Origin: Podarcis muralis
Taxonomy: Eukaryota
Assembly (NCBI RefSeq): GCF_964188315.1
Contig: NC_135667.1
Coordinates: 16,492,001-16,556,000, forward strand
Direction: 5' to 3'
Length of the DNA stretch: 64,000 nt
Below the pieces are notes generated by a model that was not told where the DNA came from, did no database searches, and saw nothing but the letters and a program-made list of their open reading frames with translations. The first letter of the stretch is position 1. Each line of letters starts with the position of its first letter. Below are positions 50,650-61,575 of the stretch, one piece after another. Position numbers and translations under genes: made by a program.

Positions 50650-51423
50650 ATGGCTGCTGTGGTCGCCGGCCTGGCTCGTCTCCTACAGCCAGCCATGATG
50701 TTCCCTGGAGGTGAGCCTGGCTGCCGAGGCCTGGCCCCCTGGTATCTCCTTCTGGGGCTACGGCTGGTGGCCCTTTTCATCGCCGACGGGCCCTGGTCCT
50801 CTCCCAACCCCGACCTGGTCTGCAACTGGACCTCGGTGGAGGCGGACAGTCGGCCTTTCTGCAGCGCACTCTGCTTCAACCGCCACTTTCCTGCTCCCGT
50901 CTCCTCGGCATGGGGTTTTGCCTTTTTGGCTGCCCTGCTCCCAGTGGGGCTAATGGGGCTCATAAGGACTGGATCCAAGCACCGGAGAAAGGCGGCAAAG
51001 GAAGGAGACGAGGAGCTCACTGACATCACTAGTGTGAGCCACGACATGGCCGCCGGATCCAGCATGGCTCCCGGAATGATTCCTTTGCCCAAAATGGTTC
51101 CGTCGGAATCCAAGATGTCCCCCCGTTGTACCTGGCCCTCAGCGGCCTTCGTTTTCTGTGTGTTTCTCCTCCTGGCCACGGAGCTGGGCTTCTTCTGGGT
51201 TGTGATATTTCTGCAGATCCCATCAGTGCTTCGCACCACCTTCTTATGCCTTCCAGGAGCACGCTCCTGCCCTGAGGCACTCGAATGTGCCTTGGCAGGC
51301 CAAGCCGACAAGCACATGGCACTGTGGACGTTGGCTTTCACAGCTATTGTCAACATGGCGGCTTGCCTGGCCTACCTTCTCCTGACTCTAGGGAGGGCTT
51401 CCCGATGCCACAGAGGAAAATAA
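50650..51423 (+). CDS. Highly divergent connexin-like tetraspan protein, 257 aa, single coding exon
   Basis: A polypyrimidine acceptor (tcttcccttctctcag) lies just before the ATG, as in typical connexin genes. Four hydrophobic segments and 3+3 extracellular Cys: C58-x12-C71-x3-C75 and C200-x6-C207-x5-C213. Conserved TM1 Arg, pre-loop Trp, TM2 Trp/Pro, TM3 Glu and loop-2 Lys. The ORF-track start at 50536 lies upstream of the acceptor. Confidence 0.85.
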   Translation: MAAVVAGLARLLQPAMMFPGGEPGCRGLAPWYLLLGLRLVALFIADGPWSSPNPDLVCNWTSVEADSRPFCSALCFNRHFPAPVSSAWGFAFLAALLPVGLMGLIRTGSKHRRKAAKEGDEELTDITSVSHDMAAGSSMAPGMIPLPKMVPSESKMSPRCTWPSAAFVFCVFLLLATELGFFWVVIFLQIPSVLRTTFLCLPGARSCPEALECALAGQADKHMALWTLAFTAIVNMAACLAYLLLTLGRASRCHRGK

Positions 51424-51858
51424 CAGAGCCAAAGAAGAGAGCAGGGCCAGCCCACCCATGAGGCAAGGTGAGGTGACCGCCTCACACAGCAGGATCCACA
51501 TGTTCCTGAGGTAGATCTTCACTCATTTTTCCCTGGTGGGGATGGGAGCGGTTTGCCTTCGGTTGCAAAATTTATTGAGCTGGCCCTGGAGAAGAGAATG
51601 CAAGAAAGTGGACTGTGAAGGAGAACAATGACATATTCCAGAACTGCCCATCCACATGGATTATTAACACGTCGGGGAACTTTTATCAGCATTTTAGTCT
51701 GAATTTCTACCAGTAAACATACATTTATATGCAGTTTTGACTTATGCACATGTTTTTGCAAGGTCATCATGCATACAGTATTTGTATGCCATTTTTACTA
51801 ACATGTTCGTTTTTGTAATGCATTTTGGTAACCATTTGTTTACTACATCCTAAAATAT

Positions 51859-52215
51859 GGACGCGGGTGGCGCTGTGGGTTAAAGCCTCAGTGCCTAGGA
51901 CTTGCCGATCGAAAGGTCAGCGGTTCGAATCCCCGTGGCGGGGTGCGCTCCCGTCGTTCGGTCCCAGCGCCTGCCAACCTAGCAGTTCGAAAGCACCTCC
52001 GGGTGCAAGTAGATAAATAGGGACCGCTTACCAGCGGGAAGGTAAAGGGCGTTCCGTGTGCTGCGCTGGCTCGCCAGATGCAGCTTGTCACGCTGGCCAC
52101 GTGACCCGGAAGTGTCTGCGGACAGCGCTGGCTCCCGGCCTATAGAGTGAGATGAGCGCACAACCCTAGAGTCTGTCAAGACTGGCCCGTACGGGCAGGG
52201 GTACCTTTACCTTTA
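51859..52215 (+). mobile_element. Sauria SINE just downstream of the connexin-like CDS
   Basis: 15-bp TSD CCTAAAATATGGACG; same subfamily as the copy at 8666. Confidence 0.94.
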
Positions 52216-52857
52216 CCTAAAATATGGACGGTGCGAATTTCAAAGGTTGGCTGTCTTTCACTTCTCATGTTGTTATGGAAAGCGTGCATTTCATAGGCTT
52301 GCCTTTAAATCTGAATATAATTCCCCCCCCCCCATCCTTAGTGGTGGACAGCAACCAGGAGAGCTTTAAAAGAGAGGCTTAAGACAAATGCATGCGGGGT
52401 AAAGCTATCAGCATCTTACGGCTACAATGACTATGCTCTCCTTCCAGCCTCCGTGGCAGGGATGTCTCTGAATGCCAGTTGCTGCGAATCGCAAGTGAGG
52501 AGAGTTGCTCTTGTCTTGCACACAGCTCCTGCTTTCAGGCTTCTGACAGATGTCTAGTCGGCCGCTGTAAGCAAATGATGCAAGTCTAGACGGGTCGCTG
52601 GCCTGAGCCAGCAGGCTCTTCCTATTTTATTATCTCTCTGTTACCCTCCTAGTTGCAATAAGTTTGCTTCTTTTCTGAAGTTGATTTGTTGCATCGAGGT
52701 GACAAAACCCTTTCATCTGTGGGGTTTGCAGCCAAATCACTAGCACAGGGCTAGTAGACAGAGAGTTCTTAAATTTCCTAGAGAGGACCTTCTGTGTGGC
52801 CTCTTCCCCTGCCTCCTCTGGGTGGGAATTCTGTAACAAAGGAGATAATCCTTTATA

Positions 52858-53072
52858 CAGTGGTACCTTGGGTTAAGAACTTAATTCGTTCTGGAGGTCT
52901 GTTCTTAACCTGAAACTGTTCTTAACCTGAAGCACCACTTTAGCTAATGGGGCCTCTCGCTGCCGCTGCACGATTTCTGTTCTCATCCTGAAGCAAAGTT
53001 CTTAACCCGAGGTACTATTTCTGGGTTAGCGGAGTCTGTAACCTGAAGCGTCTGTAACCTGAGGTACCACTA
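52858..53072 (-). mobile_element. Tigger/pogo-like MITE, family A
   Basis: Same TIRs, with one terminal mismatch. Confidence 0.88.
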
Positions 53073-54021
53073 TATTTCCGTCTGCCTCTGAGGAGGCTCT
53101 CTGCTGTCATGCTTCCAAACTGATCACATGTATGTCTGGGGTCTCCCCCAGACAAACACGGCCCATTTTAAAGTCAACTGTTGTATTTCGTACCTGATAA
53201 TTTTTCTTAGCTGTATCATATTTGCTGCTTGCATTGACATGTCAGTAAACCATTTTTGTTTATCTTTCTGAAACGTGTGGTTCGTTCTCTGCAACGGGGA
53301 TGAAGAGGGGGAGGTCAGCCGACCACAAATAAAAGGGATAAAAAGGTGTAATTGCTTTATTCCTAAGATTTAGTAAGCTGCGAAACGTTTTAAGTGTTTT
53401 ACCCTGCTAAAAAGGCTTCGCAGCCCTCTTACCTTTCGTCTTTCTCCTGCACGCATGGGATAGGAGGCTTAAATTTTAATCTGCAGATTTAATCCTCCAT
53501 CTCCGACATAATCCACTTTAACTGCACAAACCAACATTTCATAGAAAGCACTTTAATCCTTCCTGTCAAACACCAGGAGCCTGGAGCTGTCTTGAGTGCT
53601 CTCTTCCTCAGAGGAAAGTTCTTTAAGGGTCTTACCTGCTCCAGACCTGATGGCATCACTCCTGCCAGCTTCATGGCCTTGTTTTCCATTCCTTGGTAGT
53701 GCCAGAATGTGACATGACCTGGGAAACTGGCTTTGTCTGAGGACCAGAATCAGTGCTCCCTGCACACATGGCATAATTCAGTAGGCCACTGTGAGAACAG
53801 GATGCTGGTCTAGACGGCCTGTTTTTATATTTTAAAAGAGAGGAATTACAATGCCCCCCTCAGTCTTAATTCATTGTGAACCTTGGATGCCTTTGCAGGC
53901 ATCCAGGAGGAAGATAAAGTGATGAGGGGTTATGCACACAGCAGCAGCTGTAGGAACAGCAGAGCCTGGTGCATTAAGGGGTTGTTATAAAAATGTAAGG
54001 TCTCAAATATATAAATTAAAT

Positions 54022-54340
54022 TTAAAAATTGTCCAGTAGCACCTTAGAGACCAACTAATTTTGTTCTGGGTATAAGCTTTCGTGTGCATGCACACTTCTT
54101 CAGATACACTGAAACAGAAGTCACCAGACCCTTATATATAGTGGGAGGGTGGGGTTTTTCTCAGAAGGTAGTGGGAGATGAGTGATTGACTCGATGGGTA
54201 TGGTAAACCTGTTGACGACTGTTGAAGAAGTGTGCATGCACATGAAAGCTTATACCCAGAACAAACTTAATATCTAAGGTGCTACTGGACAAATTTTTAT
54301 TTTTTTATTTATTTCGACTGCGTCAGACCAACAAGGCTGA
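54022..54340. mobile_element. Penelope-like element fragment with inverted pseudo-LTR arms
   Basis: 13-bp TSD ATATAAATTAAAT at 54009-54021 and 54341-54353. Arms TGTCCAGTAGCACCTTAG...GCACACTTCTTCA are inverted relative to each other. Confidence 0.82.
54070..54107 (-). ncRNA. Minimal type I hammerhead ribozyme motif (Penelope-associated)
   Basis: Minus strand reads GUAU-CUGAAGA-A-GUGUGC-AU-GCACAC-GAAA-GC-UU-AUAC: core boxes, 6-bp helix II, palindromic AGCU helix III and 4-bp helix I. Confidence 0.72.
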
Positions 54341-55029
54341 ATATAAATTAAATGTTCATAAATTTACAAGGTAAAACACATGCATATGTATATAAACCAC
54401 GTGTCTGAAATAGTACAGGAGCGCAATCCTGAAACCGTTTGGAGTCTCCCAAATTGACCTCAAATGTTCCTCTGCAAGGAGGAAGGAAATGGGAAAGCCT
54501 CTCATCCTCTTTTGCTCACCTGTCTTTAGGGCATCTTTGTGTATGAATAGGGTGAGTCTGTGACCTGGATTCAGGAATTAAAGTATTTACCATCACAAAA
54601 GAATGGCCGGGCTGCCCAAGTAAAACAATCACTGGCCATTGTCAGGTATCCTGGCAGACAGGATTTCTGTTGTCGACCGCCCCCCCTGTGATGTATTTCT
54701 GCTATACCCCGCCTCCTTCTGTGATCTATGTATGAAGTTTTTGGGGGTAGTCTTGAGCTACAGGGTGGGCAATATAAGTTTATATAAGGTCTTGTGCACC
54801 ATTGTTCTGGGTTCCTCCTCCCTCCTGCGTGGGGTGAGTGAAAACCCTGTTGCAACAGCAGTAATAAAAATCAGGTTTAATAGCCGCTTTGCTCAGACTT
54901 GATCGTGGTTGATAGTTTCCTTCCTCTGACTGATAGGTAACCTTTTAGATTCTTAATATGGGTTTCCCGGTAAGCCTCCTGCAGGCAGAGAAACAGGTTT
55001 ACTGAATACCGTTTTCAGGGTGAATCGGG

Positions 55030-55498
55030 TGTTGCCCAGCAACCTAAAGTCCGGCCCCCAGCCAGCTTCCCCCTGCCTGTCTTCTTACTTACAAGCAGTC
55101 CATTAGGCTGGTATTGCTACAATCTGAGACTGTGCCTACATGTCTACCTTTGCTCCTCCCGCTTCATGCCTCTCCTGGTCCTAGGAGACCAGAGGGGAGG
55201 GCAGCTTGCTGCAGCAGGAGAGAGAGACCCTTATGACTCTACACCAGCCTGACTCATCTCTGCCTCTGGGCCTCCCTCCTCCCCTGCTTCAGCTTCTGGA
55301 CTGCTCTCTGCCACAGACTCTCCCAGCTCACTAAGCCCTGTTACCGCTTCAGCTTCTGACACCTCCTCCCCCCAGTCTGCTCCCTCTGACCACTCATGGT
55401 TGTCCCACCACCACTCCCTGAGCTCTGAGCCTTCTTCCCTTGGGGGTTCCCCAGCCAGTTCCTCCCACCATTCCTCTGCATCCAACCAGTCCCCAACA
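55030..55498 (-). mobile_element. LTR-like repeat
   Basis: TGTTG...CAACA termini and purine-rich U3-like sequence. No matching TSD was found. Confidence 0.55.
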
Positions 55499-58400
55499 CT
55501 GCATATATCTATATCTGCAAAGGCCTACAAGCTGTATGTATCTATATCCACACTGGTTTGTTGAGCCTTATCTTCTGCAACAGTGAACTCACTGAACCTT
55601 TCTCTGTTTCTGTGTGATGACTGGCACTGGGAGAAGCTATCACTGTGTGGGTATCTCCCCTGAGATTTTCAGCAGGTACTGCCTGTCAGTTTCCTCTTCC
55701 TTCATCACAGACCTCGGCAGGGAAGAGGAAACATTTAGGGAATCTTCGGAAAAGCAAAACTCTGGCCTCAATCTGTGCATACAGTTAGGCACCTTACACC
55801 TCTTCTTCAGGGCTGAGAGAGCTATCAAAGCAGCACCGCAATGCAGTCTCCCAGGAGAAATGCCTATATTTTTTCTTTTTTGCTATCCATAGTCACAGTT
55901 GCTTCATATCATGCATATTATATCTTCAATCAAACCTAACGAAAGCTTGCCGAAACACATCCTGATGTAGACAAGGTTTTTCCCCCCTCCCAGCTCCTTT
56001 TGAAAACAAGTTATATCTCATAAGATGATCAGACAGATACTGGGCTGGGCAGCCTTTCCACCTGCAAGGCTTGGTAAGAAGTCTGACAGTGGCACGTAGA
56101 GAGGCAATAAATGCAAAATCCTTTCAAGGTGCTGTCACCTTCACCATCATCATCTTCATCATCATCGGTCTTTGCCAGCCAGGACCGGCCCATGCTGTTT
56201 TGCTTCCTGCTGCAGACACAGCATTAAAAAAACCAGTTTTTCCAGCTATGGCAACAAGATGATGGTGGTGGCTTTTCCTACTGTGGTAATGCCCAGGTGG
56301 CGCTGCCTCAGATGCCACCTCACAGTGCCTCGTTCTCAGAGCAACGTTGCATGTGGCCTTCCTCGCATTGTGGGGCGAGATTTAAGATGGCAAATGCTCT
56401 TTGGGACTGGTCAGCCTATGAGCCAACCTCGTAGATTTCTCAAAGAATTGTAGCGTTGGAAGGAACCCTTGTTCAGCTCCCTGCAATGCCCACAGCCGTC
56501 CCTGGGTGGACTCAAACCACCAACCTTCTGGTTCACAGCCAAACACACTGACGCATTGTGCCACTGGAGCAGCTGTGCCCGGTATATGGGGCACAAGGGG
56601 CATCAGCCCCCTCTATATTTTGAGGCAGGGAACGCAGCTCGCACCCCCAATATGGAAGGGGCTGCTATCCCCTGCCGCCCTGGGGCAAACGCCGGCATGC
56701 CAGGCGGGAGGCTTGGGAGGGGGGCGTTTCTCGCCCTCCGCCCCACCTGCTGCGATCGCCAGAGCATCCCAGCAGGTGTGGCCCACCACAGGGCACCGTG
56801 TGTGTGATGTCATGCATGCGCAACAGCCCCCCTAATGTGGGGCCCACGTTGACACGCCTGTGCCGCAGGCCTATTCCAGCTTTGTCCCCATGCGCTCCCT
56901 GGATGAGTTCTACAAGAGGCAACACTGAGACTTCGGAGGAGGAAGCTGGCAGCCACTACCCCCCACCCCCTGGACTGGCTGTGAGCAAGAAAGCAGGCCG
57001 GGAGGGGCAACAAAGGCTTGTGGGGCATTTCCCCGTTTGCGCCAGATTCCACTGCTTTGGCATGTGCCATCAAACCCCAAGTGGTTTTTGCCACTATGGC
57101 GAAGGAGCAGAAGTCCTCCTAGGGACTGGCGGCTGGCAACTCTTGCCTTGGGTTGCCTCCCTACCGCCTGCGATGATTGTTTATTCGATTTTTGGCACTG
57201 CCGTAAATGCACAGACATCTTAAGAAGCAAAAAAGTGTCTCTCGTGTGCCTTTTATTTGGAGCGGTGCCTGGTAGCCATTGGGATTGGTAGGGCAGAGGG
57301 CAGGGAGGTCAACAGTAGGTGGTGCTAAAGCCAAGTGCAGGCAGAGGTCAACTAATTCTCATGTCATCCCTAGCTAACAGGACCAGTGGTCAGGGATGAT
57401 AGGAATTGTAGTCCCAAACATCTGGAGGGCCGGAGTTTGCCTATGCCTGCTTTGGAGTGAATGGGTGGTATTCCTCTAGGGCCCCAGATTTGGCTGCAGA
57501 ATCTCTGTTGCCTGATCCCGGCAATAAACTGTGATGGCATTGTAGATAAGACCTTCTTAAAGGCACTTATTTATGCAACAGGGTGTAATGTACATGGCTT
57601 TCCAGTAAATATTTCCTCAGTGCTTTCATTACATGCAAATTTCCAGAAGTAGTTGTGTCTGGCAAGGAGACGTTTCTGTGCTTTCCTCCACACCCCCTGC
57701 TTTAACAATCCTATTTCCTTTAATAGTTCTCGCATCCTCCTGGACGCTTGAATTATTATGCATTATTGAACTGAATCATTAGGCTATCATGAACACTCAT
57801 GTGTCCATGAATTATGATGTCTAAAACAACCCTAGATCAAAAACAGAGCTGCAGTTCAAAAGACATGGCACAAAAAGAAAAAGCGATGGGAAGGGAAGAG
57901 GAAAACGAGCTGTCAGGCTTCATGTGTTTAAAAGCTGCATAGTTCTTATAATGGCCAGAGTTAACAGAAACAGTTGAGGGAGGGAAGGAGCAAAACAGCA
58001 GCTGGTCTCTCAGCTGAGCTGATTTAGGAGAGTCCTGCCACCACACTTCTCTCTTCTTTTCTGCAGCCTGATGGAATAGCAGCAGCTAGCTCGACAGGCC
58101 CAATTTCCTACATTTTCTAATGTTCTGCATTTATTTATTTTTATTTTTTGTCTTAAAAGAACGCACACAAACAATCCCGGAACTTTTACATTACCAGCTG
58201 ATTCTAATTAGCCGGCAAAGTTAATCTGTCAGTCAGATTCTATCACTTAGGTGACTAATTAAAAATAACAAAAAATGCCAAGACTGTTTGTTATTCTGAA
58301 ACATGATAAATTGCTTACTGAGAACACAATTAAAATTGCATCCCTAATGACTGGATGGCAAAGAAAACATTAAGTAACAACAGCTCCTTTCCATCAGCAT

Positions 58401-59540
58401 TGGTTGATCATTTCACAGTCCAGAGGACCTTGGTGATTGTTCCTTTTTAAAATTATAGTCTGGCCGAGGGTTCCTGTGATCTGTACGCTGGAAACAATGT
58501 TTTTAAAAGCTGGCTTCACCTTCCATCCATGTTGTTTGCACCCCGTCAGGTGCTCCCTCTGAACGCAGCTCTGGGGCTGGGGCAGGTGTCCTGGGATGTG
58601 CTGAAAGGGCAGGTTTCGAACCCAGCGCATGAGCTGACAAAGCCTGGAGTAGCTTTTTTTTTCTGGTTTCACTGCTGTTGTTATTCCTGCCCAAATGGCT
58701 AGCGTGTGTTACTTACCCACGGAACTGGGTACCTCCAGGACCTCAAACAGGGACACCCTCCTGAAGATGAACCCTCTTCCAACAACACCTTTAAGTGAAG
58801 CTCTTTCCCAGTCTGCATCCTCATCGGAATTGTTTTTAAGAAGTTATATTGCTCGTGTGGTTCATCTCCCTGGGCTCCTTCGGGAGGAAGGGTGTGATGT
58901 AATGAATTCAAAATTGTAATCATAGCCAGGGTAATTAATAAGAGGAAGATACAGAGGTCACATTGAGAAGCATGACGGGCAGAATTCATGGAAGGACTTA
59001 CATGAGTACTTGATGTGAGCACATTAAAAAATTCCTCCATTCAAATGTGCAACATCAAGAAGAGGAAGGGCTGGCCGGGAGCAGCTAAACCTGTTTGTTG
59101 CTCTTTCTTGGGGTGAGAGCTGCCAAGGGTGTTCTTTTGCCCAGCACCCTTGGGAGATCACTGGATCTCCTTGCACCTTGTGGCCTAGGCGCCAACTCCT
59201 AGGGACCAGCTTGCTTCCGCCACCACCACAACACCTGCCACCAGTTGCTGGGCATCGCCCTTCAAATGGTGTCTTGTGGTTGATGATGCAGGGTGAGGCT
59301 TACCCAATATTTTATTCCAGTTGGCACCCCTGCCTTGGGATGAGTTGAGTTCATGGTTGTCCTAGCAGAACCTTGCTTCATCTGCCTCTGGGCTGTGAAC
59401 CACTGCTGGAAGATGCTGTCCAAGCTCTCTGCCAGAGACAAGGTTTCCCCAGCCTTCCCAATCTCTGGAAATGCCCAAGGGACAGCAAATATTTGCTCCA
59501 GCACTGAGCCATGGGTCCCTCCCCGTGGACTGAGAATGGC

Positions 59541-60141
59541 TTGTTGTTGTTGTGTAGTCGTTTAGTCGTGTCCGACTCTTCGTGACCCCATGGACCAGAG
59601 CACGCCAGGCACTCCTGTCTTCCACTGCCTCTCGCAGTTTGGTCAGACTCATGTTTGTAGATTCGAGAACACTGTCCAACCATCTCGTCCTCTGTCGTCC
59701 CCTTCTCCTTGTGCTCTCCATCTTTCCCAACATCAGGGTCTTTTCCAGGGAGTCTTCTCTTCTCATGAGGTGGCCAAAGTATTGGAGTCTCAGCTTCACG
59801 ATCTGTCCTTCCAGTGAGCACTCAGGGCTGATTTCCTTAAGAATGGATGCGTTTGATCTTCTTGCAGTCCATGGGACTCTCAAGAGTCTCCTCCAGCACC
59901 ATAATTCAAAAGCATCAATTCTTCAGCGATCAGCCTTCTTTATGGTCCAGCTCTCACTTCCATACATCACTACTGGGAAAACCATGGCTTTAACTATACG
60001 GACCTTTGTTGGCAGGGTGATGTCTCTGCTTTTTAAGATGCTGTCTAGGTTTGCCATCGGCTTTCTCCCAAGGAGCAGGCGTCTTTTGATTTTGTGACTG
60101 CTGTCACCATCTGCAGTGATCATGGAGCCCAAGAAAGTAAA
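59541..60141 (-). mobile_element. BovB (RTE LINE) 3' fragment
   Basis: ORFs KIKRRLLLGRK...VVMYGSESWTIKKADR and RVPWTARRSN...TKSRTRLND; abuts a partial MITE at 60142-60240. Confidence 0.95.
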
Positions 60142-61150
60142 GGAGGCCCCATTAGCTAAAGTGGTACCTCAGGTTAAGAACATTTTCAGGTTAAGAACGG
60201 ACCTTCAGAACGAATTAAGCTCTTAACCCGAGGTACCACTGTAAATGGAATAAAATACAATTGTAGTTGTAATCTGCCTTGAGTCCCCATGAGGGGAAAA
60301 AATGGAATAATAATATTAATAATAGAGGAAACTGTGAGAATGATCAGAACAGGGAGGAAATCCTACTGAACTCAGTGGGACTTAGTTCTGAGTCAAAATG
60401 CTTCAGATTGCAGTGTAAGGCTGCCCAGTCTTGACCCAGTTCCCTGGGAGTCAGTTCCATTGAATAAAGGGGGCCTACATCTGAGTAGACAATGTCAGGC
60501 TCCATTTACAATACTATGGTTGTTGAATGTAATCCATTCCGGAAGACCGTTCGACTTCTGAAACGCTTGACAACCGAGGCACAGCTTCCAATTGGTTGCA
60601 AGAACTTCTTGCACTCAAGTGGAAGCCATGTTGGACATTCAGGTTCCAAAATATGATAGGAAACTGGAGCATTTACTTCTGGGTTTTTGGTGTTCAGGAG
60701 CCGAAACGTTTGAGAACCGAGGTTTGACTGTGAAGGAATCAACACTCCCTGTGTTTTCTAAGAAATGGCTGGCTGCGGAAACGTTGCAATGAAAGGACTG
60801 AAAGTGGACTGGTCACTTTTTCCTTCAACATTACAGGAATGGCTTTGTATGCCAGCTTCACCATTTCCTTCATTTGTTGCAGGGATTTTATTTGCATCAT
60901 AAACCATACTCCATTTTTTGCACCTACACACACCACTTTTAATTGCTCTCTGAGATGCAGAAGGAAAAGGACAAGAGGGACATTCAGGGATCAAATCCAA
61001 AACTTGGATGGCTTCCGGGACTGTCCCTGGAAAATTGGGACACCATGAGGGCCCCAGAAGCCCTCCTGACATGGGAGCAGCAGCAGCCTGGTCTCATGAC
61101 TCCATCTTTGCTCTCCTGCATCTTTCCAAAAGGGTGACCGGGAAAGCAGC

Positions 61151-61158
61151 TGACGTCA
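61151..61158. promoter_or_regulatory. Perfect CRE (TGACGTCA) about 420 bp upstream of the lipocalin ATG
   Basis: Sequence gcTGACGTCAtt. A TATA-like TACAAAAG lies at ~61491. Function is inferred only. Confidence 0.4.
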
Positions 61159-61575
61159 TTCCTTCATTTATTGCACTCCAAGAAACATATTGACCTTGGG
61201 TCACCCACTCCAAGCTCTTTCCCCCCTGCTTTAGATAAGAGGAGTGTGACCTTTCCGGGTGGTTGTTGTCCAAATGCCCGTTGGATCGTGGGCCAAGGCA
61301 AATGCCTCCTCTGTTTGGACAACCACAACACCTCCTTGTGTTGCACAGGGAGCCATTGGGGCAGCTGTTCCCATGCCAACAACAACCTTGTTGTATCTGC
61401 AGCTGCAAACGTGGCTGGTGGGCGAGAAAGGACGGCGGGTGGACTTGATGCAAGCGTTTCAGAGGGTGTGGCAGGGAGAGAGTAAAGCTCTACAAAAGCC
61501 AGGAAGCGTGCATGCCTTGAGCTAACTTGTCTCAGAATATCCTCTTACCGAGAAGCGAGAAAGCAGAGACGCAAG

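Larger units (their letters stand above)
53983..55015 (+). mobile_element. Solo LTR (family 2, diverged copy) interrupted by a Penelope fragment
   Basis: Collinear with 37582-38242 on both sides of the 54022-54340 insertion; the 3' end is approximate. Confidence 0.75.

Noticed and set aside
55231-55485. Acidic Trp-rich ORF MDAEEWWEEL...
   Set aside because: It lies inside an LTR-like repeat; purine-rich low complexity explains the open frame.
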